From Lentisphaeria bacterium UBA4640 (lineage in GTDB: Bacteria; Verrucomicrobiota; Lentisphaeria; Victivallales; UBA1829), in NCBI GenBank assembly GCA_002405835.1, contig DHMO01000042.1:16036-80035 (forward strand): DNA of 64,000 nucleotides, given 5' to 3'. This document shows positions 1-8,197 of this stretch, in pieces. The notes beneath the pieces are model-generated. The model made no database searches and had not been told where the DNA came from. It worked only from the letters and a program-made list of their open reading frames with translations. The translations under genes were made by a program, and so were the position numbers. How positions within the stretch are numbered: position 1 is the first letter of the stretch; the number at the start of each line of letters is the position of its first letter.

Positions 1-2524
1 TGCCTTTCGTGTCGTAGACCGTGATTGTCTTGTTGAAGGTGAAGACATTCTGAGCAAGAATGTATTTTCCTGTGCGCTGTTTCGCTCCGTCGAGCGTAAT
101 GGTGAAGTTTGCGCCCGAGTCGGAGATTCTGGACCAGTCGTTTACGATTGTGATGCCCGGAATTGCGGCTGCAACATCGAAGTTGAGCGTGCTTCCGGAA
201 TCGAGATACATGTTGCCACCCAATGTCATTTTTCCGGAAACTTTTGCTCCGCTTTTGACTCTGAGATATGCTCCGGAGTTGAGGGTCAGTATATCCGCTG
301 TTTCGCCTTCGTTCAGATACGCATTGCCGTTGACGGAAACATCATTGTACTTGTTTGCCGAGCCGATGGAAGCATATTCCGTATGTTTGTTCATTGTAAA
401 GCCGTTGAGGACTCCGCCGGCTTCCAGAACAATCTGGGTTACGGACGCTGCAGAGGTGTTTACGTCCAGAGTGCCGCCGGAGGAGACTGTGAGACCGGAA
501 GCATTTCCAGCGGCAGAGATGCGTGCCGAACCGCCGGAGGTGATGGTGAGCTGCGAAACGGACGCACCCTGGTAGACCTGAAGAACTCCGGCCAGGGTTC
601 CGCCGGTTATCGAGGTTTTGGCAAGAGCGCTCAGCCAGCCGCCCGAATAGACGGCTCCAAGAGTGGTCTTTGCGGCGACCAGCGTTGCTCTTCCGCCGCT
701 GCTGATGAAGAGATCGGAAACCGTTGCGGAAGTGACCGCCATTGAGCCGATGACGCTCACTCTGGACACAGACTGTCCTTCATAGAGCTTTGCATTGGCG
801 CCGGAAGAGACAACCGAGGAGCCGATGGATATGTTGGCGAGGTTGTCGAAAACCTGCGTCCGTTTCAGAGAGAATCCGTTCAGCGAACCGCCTGCGGAAA
901 CAGTGACATTTGTAACGAGTTCTCCATTGGAACCGATCAGGAAAAGCGTTCCGCCGACGTTGATTTTGATATCGGTGAGCGTCCGGGAGCGGTCGCTGTC
1001 AGTAATCAGGCGTCCGCCGGAGTTGACGATGATTCCGGAACCTTCGGCGAAGCCTTCAAAACGGGCGCTTCCTCCGGAGCTGATGTTCAGATTGGTTGTT
1101 CTGCCGTTCAGTGCGTTCAGGTATCCTCCGTTGAGAATATCGGATTGATCCAGTAATCCGCCGGAAGAAAGGGCTCCCGAACCGTAAAATTTGATGTTAC
1201 GGGCGGTTGCCCCATTGTAGACGGTCATGCTTCCGGTTGCAGCGATCTGTGTATTCGCGAGATATCCTCCGGATCTGACATACATCGTTCCGGAAACGGT
1301 GGTCATGGCGGCGGATTGTCCGGAATAGAGGTTTGCATAAACTCCGGAAGAGACAACTGCATTGCTGAACAGCAGCGAGGAGCCCTGCGGGAGTGTTATG
1401 TCTGTATTGAATGTGAAGCCGTTGACGGTGGCTCTGGAGCTGCAGGTGAGACCGCCGGTGTGAATGGAGGCTCCTTCGGCCAGATAGGCGCTTCCTCCGG
1501 CGTAAATTGTTCCGTTGACTTTTGCTCCGCTGGAGATCTGAGCCACGCCGGTGTTGTGAACATAAACTCTGGAGATGATTGCTCCGGAGGTGGCTGTCAG
1601 AGTTGCGCCGGAGATGTTGATGCTGGAGGCGACACCGTTGCTTTTGACGTCGATGAGTGTCCCGGAGGAAGCATTGAGAGACTGTACGCGTCCGTTGTTA
1701 ACCTCGATCGTTGCGCCGGCCGCCTCGATGCCGTAGGCGCTTCCTCTGACCATGAGGTATGCTCCGGAGCGGAGGGTTGCAGAGGTGAGGTTGGCACCGG
1801 ATGAGATGACTGCGCGTCCGCCGCTGGAAACGGTTGCGTTGGCAAGGCGTCCGCCGCTGGTGACTGTTACGTTTCCGGAGTTGAAGATGGTGATTTGATT
1901 AAGGTTTGCTCCGTAGGTCGCGGATACGTTCCCTGAGGTTTTCAGATATGTGACAGATCCTCCGTTACCGACTTCAAGCAGAGCGTTCGCGTAGAGCGTT
2001 GCGGAGGATACTGTCGCGCTCTGCACTTTTGCTTTCGCGTATGAGGAAAGTGTGAGATAGCTGGCATATCCTGCGTAAAACGTTGCGTTCCAAGCGGAAG
2101 AATTGTTTAAATTTGCGGAGTTTCCGGAGAGCTTAATATCCTGGGCGCTTCCTCCATAGAGAAGTAATTTGCCGAATGCGTTCACGGTCGGACCGTAGGA
2201 GAATGCTCCGGAGTTTACTTCGAGTTTTCCTGCGCTGGAGACTGTTATGTAGTTTGCGGAAGCTCCGGATGATACGATGAGGGAGGCGGAGTCTCTGACT
2301 CCGGTGCTTGTGACGAGTCCGCCGGAGCTGACACGAGCCGTAGCACCCCCGGCAATCAGTGAGGAGGTAAGTGTTCCGTAAACGTACAGCTGATCGAAAT
2401 TGCTTACCACGAGCCCGGATGAGGTAACGCCTTTTTTGATGGTGGACGATGCCGCATAAACCTGCACAGGCTCAAGCCCGTTTTCAGGAACGGTCATGAT
2501 GCCGCTTTGAAGTGTTGCTGTCAT
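1..2524 (-). CDS. Giant beta-helix repeat surface protein (AIDA / autotransporter-passenger-like repeats). This is the N-terminal 841 codons; the ORF continues past position 1.
   Basis: Absent from the supplied track because there is no in-window stop. My own minus-strand translation from the ATG at 2524-2522 (MTATLQSGIMTVPENGLEPVQVYAASSTIKKGVTSSGLVV...) stays open to base 2. An SD (aaggagag) lies about 8 nt upstream. The protein is a near-continuous array of ~19-20 aa units such as NATVSSGGRAVISSGANLTSATLRSGAYLMV and LTITSGGSARISAAGNASGLTVSSGGTLDV. Track ORFs 60..575, 383..745, 795..1148 and 1316..1804 (+) are its antisense shadows. Confidence 0.75.
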   Translation of the reverse strand, partial: MTATLQSGIMTVPENGLEPVQVYAASSTIKKGVTSSGLVVSNFDQLYVYGTLTSSLIAGGATARVSSGGLVTSTGVRDSASLIVSSGASANYITVSSAGKLEVNSGAFSYGPTVNAFGKLLLYGGSAQDIKLSGNSANLNNSSAWNATFYAGYASYLTLSSYAKAKVQSATVSSATLYANALLEVGNGGSVTYLKTSGNVSATYGANLNQITIFNSGNVTVTSGGRLANATVSSGGRAVISSGANLTSATLRSGAYLMVRGSAYGIEAAGATIEVNNGRVQSLNASSGTLIDVKSNGVASSINISGATLTATSGAIISRVYVHNTGVAQISSGAKVNGTIYAGGSAYLAEGASIHTGGLTCSSRATVNGFTFNTDITLPQGSSLLFSNAVVSSGVYANLYSGQSAAMTTVSGTMYVRSGGYLANTQIAATGSMTVYNGATARNIKFYGSGALSSGGLLDQSDILNGGYLNALNGRTTNLNISSGGSARFEGFAEGSGIIVNSGGRLITDSDRSRTLTDIKINVGGTLFLIGSNGELVTNVTVSAGGSLNGFSLKRTQVFDNLANISIGSSVVSSGANAKLYEGQSVSRVSVIGSMAVTSATVSDLFISSGGRATLVAAKTTLGAVYSGGWLSALAKTSITGGTLAGVLQVYQGASVSQLTITSGGSARISAAGNASGLTVSSGGTLDVNTSAASVTQIVLEAGGVLNGFTMNKHTEYASIGSANKYNDVSVNGNAYLNEGETADILTLNSGAYLRVKSGAKVSGKMTLGGNMYLDSGSTLNFDVAAAIPGITIVNDWSRISDSGANFTITLDGAKQRTGKYILAQNVFTFNKTITVYDTKG

Positions 2525-2526
2525 AA

Positions 2527-2587
2527 AATTCTCTCCTTTTGTTGCTTTTTATTGAATTTTAGAATGAATATGAGGCAGGAGAGAACC
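2527..2587 (-). promoter_or_regulatory. Candidate RBS-sequestering hairpin (anti-SD) in the 5' leader of the 1..2524 gene
   Basis: In the mRNA sense, GGUUCUCUCCU (plus-strand 2577-2587) can pair with AGGAGAGAAUU (plus-strand 2527-2537). The second arm contains the Shine-Dalgarno sequence. That gives 9 Watson-Crick pairs plus 2 G-U pairs, with a ~39-nt AU-rich loop. Confidence 0.3.
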
Positions 2588-2648
2588 ACATGGCTGCAGA
2601 GATATAAAGTAATAGTCATGGTAACCTGTCTCCTGATGTTTTTTTGTT

Positions 2649-2676
2649 ACTATACAGCGAAATATAAGAATGTCAA
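2649..2676 (-). promoter_or_regulatory. Sigma70-type promoter for the 1..2524 repeat-protein gene
   Basis: Minus-strand TTGACA (2676-2671), a 16-nt spacer, then TATAGT (2654-2649). This implies a ~120-nt leader. An AT-rich 8-bp hairpin (atgtcaaa/tttgacat, about 2670-2691) overlaps it just after the DUF1848 stop. Confidence 0.4.
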
Positions 2677-2694
2677 ATATTTTTTTGACATAGA

Positions 2695-3492
2695 TCAATT
2701 TGCATAGCAATAGACGCAGTTGTGGCGGCAGGTGGCGTAAGTGCCGATGTCGCGCGAAACGGCACAGCCGCATTCCGGACGCTGACTGCGGTCCTTCGTC
2801 CGCTTGATGATGTGTCCGGTGAGCGTTTCGATGAGATCCGGATCGATGCAGTGTGCGGGCTCGATTCCGGCTGAGGTCAGGTCAAGCGCTTCCGCACAGG
2901 CGGAAATGCGGAGTCCGCGCGATCGCGCCGTTGCGGAAAGCTCGGCGGCAAGGTCTAGCATCTCCGCTTCCGAAGGTTCCCGGAAGACGCGGCATTCCGG
3001 ACGGCGCAGGCATTTTCCGTAAAAATCCATAAAGGAGATGATGCACTGTTTCGTGTGCGGCGCGAGTGCATCGGCCATCCGGCGGAACATTTCGCAATGC
3101 CGTTCCGCAGTCCATTCCGCGGAGAAGATGACCGGATCGTAACGCCAGATCACCTTTCCCGCTCCGATCTGTTCCGAGAGGGAGCGGAAAGTCTGGAGAA
3201 TGCGCCGTTTCGGCGGGAGATTCCGCTCAATATCCGCGCCGTAGGGCGTGATGGTGAACTGAAAATAAAAGCGGTATCCGCGTTCCTCCAGTTCCGGTAG
3301 AAACGGCAGAAGCGGTTCCGGATTCTTGCTCCAGAAGACAATGCACTCCACATCCGCCGGGGCGAGCGACAGCCGTGTCTCCCGTCCCGAATACGGATTG
3401 CGGACGGTGCGGAATCCGGCGCGGATCGACTCCATGAATTCCCGTGCGAAAAACGCCGGAATATCGGTGCGCCTGCTTGCGGAAATAATCAT
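2695..3492 (-). CDS. DUF1848 family protein
   Basis: 265-aa track ORF. The N-terminus (MIISASRRTDIPAFF) and C-terminus (ECGCAVSRDIGTYATCRHNCVYCYAN) match what I recognise as the DUF1848 family. The C-terminal Cys cluster is C-x-C-x11-C-x3-C-x2-C. Confidence 0.8.
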   Translation of the reverse strand: MIISASRRTDIPAFFAREFMESIRAGFRTVRNPYSGRETRLSLAPADVECIVFWSKNPEPLLPFLPELEERGYRFYFQFTITPYGADIERNLPPKRRILQTFRSLSEQIGAGKVIWRYDPVIFSAEWTAERHCEMFRRMADALAPHTKQCIISFMDFYGKCLRRPECRVFREPSEAEMLDLAAELSATARSRGLRISACAEALDLTSAGIEPAHCIDPDLIETLTGHIIKRTKDRSQRPECGCAVSRDIGTYATCRHNCVYCYAN

Positions 3493-3653
3493 GGAGTCCT
3501 CTCCTTAAATAAAATCCGGACGTTCGGGAAGGGCGGACAGACATTGGCATCGGGAATGTGGAGTGAGGCCAACAGCCGTCCATCCGCCCAACCGTAGCCG
3601 GCGGCGATTCCGGACATTTCCGGCTCCTTTCTGAAAAAATAGGTGTTTGATTT

Positions 3654-3681
3654 TTTATAACACGGTTTCGGAAAAATGCAA
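3654..3681 (-). promoter_or_regulatory. Candidate promoter for the DUF1848 gene, implying a ~155-nt GC-rich leader
   Basis: Minus-strand TTGCAT (3681-3676), a 16-nt spacer, then TATAAA (3659-3654). The leader contains complementary segments, for example GGGCGGA...TCCGCCC. Confidence 0.3.
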
Positions 3682-3909
3682 GCTGTGGAATGTTTTTTGT
3701 GTTCTTTACAGAAAAAATCGCTCTCTATCTGAGCGGATTTGATAAGAATGATTTTTATTCAATAGATAATGAGTTTTTTAAATATAAGTTAATCGGAGAA
3801 TGGAAATTTTCCAGATGCTTACTTACATAGAACAGAGAGAAGATGGTTGCATGGTGAAATACTGTATTGGAATGGAGGTTCTGTTTTGAGTAAAGATGAT
3901 CTTTGATGC

Positions 3910-3937
3910 TTGACAAATTTGTTTTTTGGTGTATATT
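3910..3937 (+). promoter_or_regulatory. Near-consensus sigma70 promoter for the Pmp-repeat protein gene
   Basis: TTGACA (3910-3915), a 16-nt spacer, then TATATT (3932-3937). It lies about 115 nt upstream of the ATG at 4051. An SD (aaagggga) sits directly before the start. Confidence 0.45.
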
Positions 3938-4050
3938 ATTGTGCTAGAAGTGAGAGATTATTTGAGCGTTGCTCTTTGGCTTGATGGTTAAATGTAGCGA
4001 TTCTCTCTCATTGTAAAACTTGTAATTTATGTTGAGTATGAAAGGGGAAG

Positions 4051-7000
4051 ATGACTATGTCTACACTTGGACAGGGAAAAATAGAAGAAGTAAGAATCTG
4101 CAACAGTTGTGATTTTTTGTCAGGAGATATGTCAAAAAATTCAGAAGCGAGCCTTTATGAATTTTCTTATTCAAATAGTTTTAATGTTGCATCTTCAGAT
4201 GTGAAAACTATTGCAAATAGTAAATATTGCAGTAGTGGAACTGCTGTAGTTCAGAGTAGCGGTACTTTAAAGCTGGAGAATGTCGAATTTGTAAATAATA
4301 GCCGTGGAATGTTTCTTGAGAACACTGTTTTGGAAGGAAATTCTGTTACCTTTACCAGTCAAACCAGTGGAGGAATTGTACAAAATGGTGGAAATATGCG
4401 ACTTAGTAATGCTAGTTTTGTGGGTAATGTAGTTCGTTCTTCTGGAACAAATAAATCTGTTGTGGCATTAGGTGGTGCTGTTTTAAAATCAGGTGGACTC
4501 TTGGAAATAACTTCGGGGACGTTCGCGAAAAATGGAGCGTCTGCTTATTCCATCGTTTCTGCTAATACATCAGCTTTTGCTTATGGAGGGGCTGTTCTGC
4601 TTCAAAATGGAGATTTAAAATTACAGGCTGTTCGTTTTTTGTCAAATAATGTTTCTGCTTATGCTGATGGAAAAAACACAACATCTTTAGATGGGTCTTC
4701 TTATGCATCAGGAGGAGCCGTTGCAGGCTCTTATGGCAGTATGACTTTTAATTCTGTTGATTTTTTAGGGAATTATGCATCAGCATGTGCAGATGTATCC
4801 GCATATGCCTACGGAGGTGGGGTTGCAATGAAGACTGGGAGTATGCTTCTGTCTTCTACTATTTTTGCAAGTAATTATGTTTCAGCATATTCTTTTTATG
4901 ATAAATATGCCAGAGTTTCGGCTTTTGGTGGAGCAATGTCAATACAATCAGGAACAGTTGATGTCTTAAAAACAACTTTTGAAAATAATAAGGCTTTAGC
5001 TTCTGCTTCTGGATATAATCCTTTGACTTGTGCCAAAGGAGGAGGTATTTATCAAATATCAGGAAATATGGTATGTGACAATGGTATTTTTACTTCGAAT
5101 ATTGCTTCAGCAAAATATGCTCAAGGAGGGGCCATATATCATTCAAATGGAAGTATTCAGATGAATGATGTTACCTTTTCGGGCAATAGTGCATATGGAT
5201 ATGGAAGTATTTCTGGAGGCTTTTGTTCTGGAGGAGCTATTAATAAAAATGGAGGTAATATGAAGATTGCCTCTGCTTCATTTATCGGAAATGTTGCATC
5301 AGCATTCGGTGATGGGCCTGGAGATGGATATAGTTATGGGGGTACAATTAATATAGAGAATGCAGAAGAAATGTTTATTTCTTCTGCAAAGTTTTCAAGG
5401 AATCTTGCTGCTGCTACAGGTGATGGTTCTTGTTATGGAGGTGCTGTTAATGCAAAAAATGTTGAGCGTATTGTAATTTCATCGGCTGGGTTTTATGAAA
5501 ATATTGCATTGGCTTCTGGTTATAAAGATGCTGCATCAGCTTACGGTGGAGCAGTTAATGCTGCTGGTTGTAAAGATGTCGAGATTGATACTGTTGTTTT
5601 TCGTAATAATTCTGTATATGGAAGCAATGTCTTAGGTTATGGAGCTCGTGGCTATGGAGCTTATGGAGGAGCTGTTTATGTTGATGGAGGTGTAATAAAA
5701 TTTACAAATACCGTATTCTTGGAGAATAAGGCCAATAGTGGTAAGGCATATGGTTATGGGGGGGCAATCTACCTTGCAGATGGTTGCATGGGCACTTACA
5801 CAGTTACGAATGGTATGGTTGTTGAGAATATAGGAAATAATGCTTCCTGTGGAGGCTTTTTATATTTGGGCTTAGAATCAAAACTGACTTTTTGTGCTCA
5901 AGATTCCGCCAAAATAATCATTGGGAGTTCGAGTTTGGCGACAGATTCTATTGCAGGGACTGGAACATTGCTGAAAACAGGCAATGGCACAATGACGATT
6001 CATTCTGATATTTCCGGATTTTTGGGGCAGTGGCGCATTGTCAAAGGTCGCCTTGAACTTCTATCGCGTGCTCGTTCGATGTCTCTGGACAATTGGAATG
6101 TGGCTGCCTCTGCGGAAGTCGTGTTTGGTGATTTTGATGATTCGCTAACGATCAGCATGCAAAAAACGTTCGGGTATATTGATCTTGGAAATGGCGCAAA
6201 CAATATTTTCGTTGGAGCTGAAACTTCTTTTACAGAACTCAAATCCGGAGCCGGAAACGATATAGTTACCTTTGATGACACAGTTCGAGTTGGTTCTATC
6301 AATCTCGGGGCGGGAAGCAATCAAATCTATGTTAACAGTAAGTTGACCATTGGTTCTAGTATTATCCTCAATATTGACGGGGCGACGAATTTTGTTGTTG
6401 GGACGGAGGCTTCAATTGCAGATAATACATTAACCGCCGTTTTTCGGAATTCTTCTGCCAATCTTGGAACTGCAGGTTATAATTGGACCAATCTTATGAA
6501 TGTACAGAAAGTGCGGATTCAGGTGTCGTCAGATAAAACGTTCGACAGTCCGCAATTTACTTTGCTGCTTGAAAATGGCATAAAGGACTTTACATTGAAA
6601 TCGGACAAGGAGAATTATGTCCGACTACAGATTTTTGATGGGAAAAACTGGACTACTAGTTTGTTTACAGATGCCGTTGCGCCTGATCAAGTGACAGGGC
6701 TTCAGTCTGTGGCGTCGGAAAGAACTGTGGCTGTCGTTTGGGATGCGTCATCCGACAATCTTGGCGGAAGTGGAATTCAATATTACACAGTGCAGGTCGC
6801 ATCGGATTCTGACTTTACTGTTGATCTTAAAACATACAATGCAGCAGATACTTATCAGCTCCTTTCAAGTTTTGCTTCCGGTATGAATTACTGGCGTGTC
6901 CGGGCTGTGGATTACGCGGGGAACATTGGCGCTTGGAGCGCTGTTTCGAGCTTTAATTCAGATGTGATTCCTCCGACAAATCCTTCGGATCTTTCTGTAA

Positions 7001-8133
7001 ATGTGGATCGCCAGAATGCATTATTGAAATGGAGAGAAAGCTCGGATCACGGATCTGGTGTAAAAGAGTATATTGTGACTTGGTGGAACGGTTCCTCAAA
7101 GCATTCGGCAACAACCTCTTCAACAGGTTATTTGATTACCGGGCTTGCAGAATCTGGCTGGAGCTGGAGTGTTCAGGCCGTTGACAATGCTGGCAACAAG
7201 TCGGATATCGTATTCGGACGGTCTTTTAATGTTCTTGGAACAAATACTACTACAGTGAAGAATGACATCAATGGCAATCAGATCAGCGATGTTATCTTCC
7301 AGTTTACTGGCGGCGATAATCAGATTGGGTTCTGGATGGATGGAAAGGCTCTGTGGCGAGGTCAAGGGCTCGCAGAGCCTGCGGATTGGAAAGTCCTCGG
7401 AGCGTACGATATGAATTCAAATGGTAAAGCTGATGTTGTCATGTTGGGGAATGTTACCGTCAATGGTGTGAAAGGTGCGTATATCGGTTACCGCAAGGAT
7501 GGTGATATGGAAACATGGGAGAATATCAGTTATCTGACGAATTCCGATAATATAAACTGGAATATAAAGATTGGGAATGTTACAGGAAATGCCGCAAAGA
7601 ATTCGATTGTCTGGCATGCGGCCGAACTTGGCGTTCTCGGGGTGTGGACCGATGGTACCGATAACTGGATTTCTCTCGCGACCGGGTTTGATTCCAACTG
7701 GAAGATGATTGGAACAGGGGATTTTGGTGGCAACAGCAGAGATGAAATTCTTTTCCAGAATGGCTCCTCCTTCTATACAACAGATATTGATGGCAATTTC
7801 CGTGTGCTTGGCGGACTTGGTGAAGGGTGGAGCGTTAAAGCTATCGGTGATTTTCAGGGGGATCACAAGGAGGATATCATTTTGGAACATGAAGCAACCG
7901 GACTTTGTGCACGACTTGAAAATGGGCTCGCTTCTCAATACTTGATCTTAGGGCAGCTTGATACTTCTGACTGGTTTATCTGCGGAGCCGGAGACTATGA
8001 TGGTGATGGAAAAGATGATTTGTTGGTTCGTCAGCATTCAACAGGAATGCTCGGTTATTACTCTGGCGGAGATTTTTCAAAATGGAATGAAATGGGGCGC
8101 GGAGTTGATATGAACTGGGCTGTGATTGCCTGA
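4051..8133 (+). CDS. 1360-aa multidomain surface/adhesin-like protein. Domains: polymorphic-membrane-protein (Pmp) type GGA[ILV]/FxxN repeats, a PATR-like beta-strand repeat, 2 x fibronectin type III, and FG-GAP/VCBS-like beta-propeller repeats.
   Basis: - At least 14 alternating FxxN and GGA(I/V/L) motifs, e.g. FVNNSRG, FAKNGAS..YGGAVLL, FLSNNVS..SGGAVAG, FENNKAL..KGGGIYQ, FTSNIAS..QGGAIYH, FRNNSVY..YGGAVYV, FLENKAN..YGGAIYL.
- A PATR-like motif: AGTGTLLKTGNGTMTI...IVKGRLEL.
- Three degenerate GxGxD/N units: LGNGANNIF, SGAGNDIVT, LGAGSNQIY.
- Two FN3-like modules, around aa 876-1062 (..WRVRAVDYAGNIGAWS.. and ..WSVQAVDNAGNKS..).
- Five to six DxNGDGxxD-like blades: DINGNQISDVIF, DMNSNGKADVVM, GDFGGNSRDEILF, GDFQGDHKEDIIL, GDYDGDGKDDLLV.
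- No hydrophobic N-terminal signal peptide and no C-terminal beta-barrel. Confidence 0.9.
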   Translation: MTMSTLGQGKIEEVRICNSCDFLSGDMSKNSEASLYEFSYSNSFNVASSDVKTIANSKYCSSGTAVVQSSGTLKLENVEFVNNSRGMFLENTVLEGNSVTFTSQTSGGIVQNGGNMRLSNASFVGNVVRSSGTNKSVVALGGAVLKSGGLLEITSGTFAKNGASAYSIVSANTSAFAYGGAVLLQNGDLKLQAVRFLSNNVSAYADGKNTTSLDGSSYASGGAVAGSYGSMTFNSVDFLGNYASACADVSAYAYGGGVAMKTGSMLLSSTIFASNYVSAYSFYDKYARVSAFGGAMSIQSGTVDVLKTTFENNKALASASGYNPLTCAKGGGIYQISGNMVCDNGIFTSNIASAKYAQGGAIYHSNGSIQMNDVTFSGNSAYGYGSISGGFCSGGAINKNGGNMKIASASFIGNVASAFGDGPGDGYSYGGTINIENAEEMFISSAKFSRNLAAATGDGSCYGGAVNAKNVERIVISSAGFYENIALASGYKDAASAYGGAVNAAGCKDVEIDTVVFRNNSVYGSNVLGYGARGYGAYGGAVYVDGGVIKFTNTVFLENKANSGKAYGYGGAIYLADGCMGTYTVTNGMVVENIGNNASCGGFLYLGLESKLTFCAQDSAKIIIGSSSLATDSIAGTGTLLKTGNGTMTIHSDISGFLGQWRIVKGRLELLSRARSMSLDNWNVAASAEVVFGDFDDSLTISMQKTFGYIDLGNGANNIFVGAETSFTELKSGAGNDIVTFDDTVRVGSINLGAGSNQIYVNSKLTIGSSIILNIDGATNFVVGTEASIADNTLTAVFRNSSANLGTAGYNWTNLMNVQKVRIQVSSDKTFDSPQFTLLLENGIKDFTLKSDKENYVRLQIFDGKNWTTSLFTDAVAPDQVTGLQSVASERTVAVVWDASSDNLGGSGIQYYTVQVASDSDFTVDLKTYNAADTYQLLSSFASGMNYWRVRAVDYAGNIGAWSAVSSFNSDVIPPTNPSDLSVNVDRQNALLKWRESSDHGSGVKEYIVTWWNGSSKHSATTSSTGYLITGLAESGWSWSVQAVDNAGNKSDIVFGRSFNVLGTNTTTVKNDINGNQISDVIFQFTGGDNQIGFWMDGKALWRGQGLAEPADWKVLGAYDMNSNGKADVVMLGNVTVNGVKGAYIGYRKDGDMETWENISYLTNSDNINWNIKIGNVTGNAAKNSIVWHAAELGVLGVWTDGTDNWISLATGFDSNWKMIGTGDFGGNSRDEILFQNGSSFYTTDIDGNFRVLGGLGEGWSVKAIGDFQGDHKEDIILEHEATGLCARLENGLASQYLILGQLDTSDWFICGAGDYDGDGKDDLLVRQHSTGMLGYYSGGDFSKWNEMGRGVDMNWAVIA
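4282..5880 (+). repeat. Intragenic tandem array of Pmp-type (FxxN / GGA[ILV]) repeat units, each about 25-40 aa
   Basis: Motif periodicity seen across aa ~78-610 of the 4051..8133 product. This DNA is the most AT-rich part of the window. Confidence 0.7.
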
Positions 8134-8197
8134 ATCTTTCTTTGGGAAAGCGATAAAGGCTGAGCAAGGAGATGGTTGATCCATATCGTGCTATCTG

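Noticed and set aside
60-1845. Track ORFs 60..575, 383..745, 795..1148 and 1316..1804 (+), and 1597..1845 (-).
   Set aside because: They overlap the single uninterrupted minus-strand repeat-protein frame (1..2524). That frame has a good SD, ATG and promoter and a coherent repeat structure. The short ORFs are shadows or alternative frames.
3227-3583. A 118-aa minus-strand ORF overlapping the DUF1848 start.
   Set aside because: It is out of frame with, and mostly inside, the DUF1848 gene and its leader. Its composition is Arg/Gly-rich.
4051-8133. Annotating the Pmp-repeat protein as a classical type V autotransporter.
   Set aside because: It has no N-terminal signal peptide and no C-terminal beta-barrel translocator. 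The C-terminus is FN3 plus FG-GAP repeats.
3640-8190. Calling the AT-rich island a mobile element or prophage remnant.
   Set aside because: I could find no integrase, transposase, tRNA attachment site, inverted terminal repeats or flanking direct repeats. Only compositional evidence exists, so I report it as a finding and not as a mobile_element feature.
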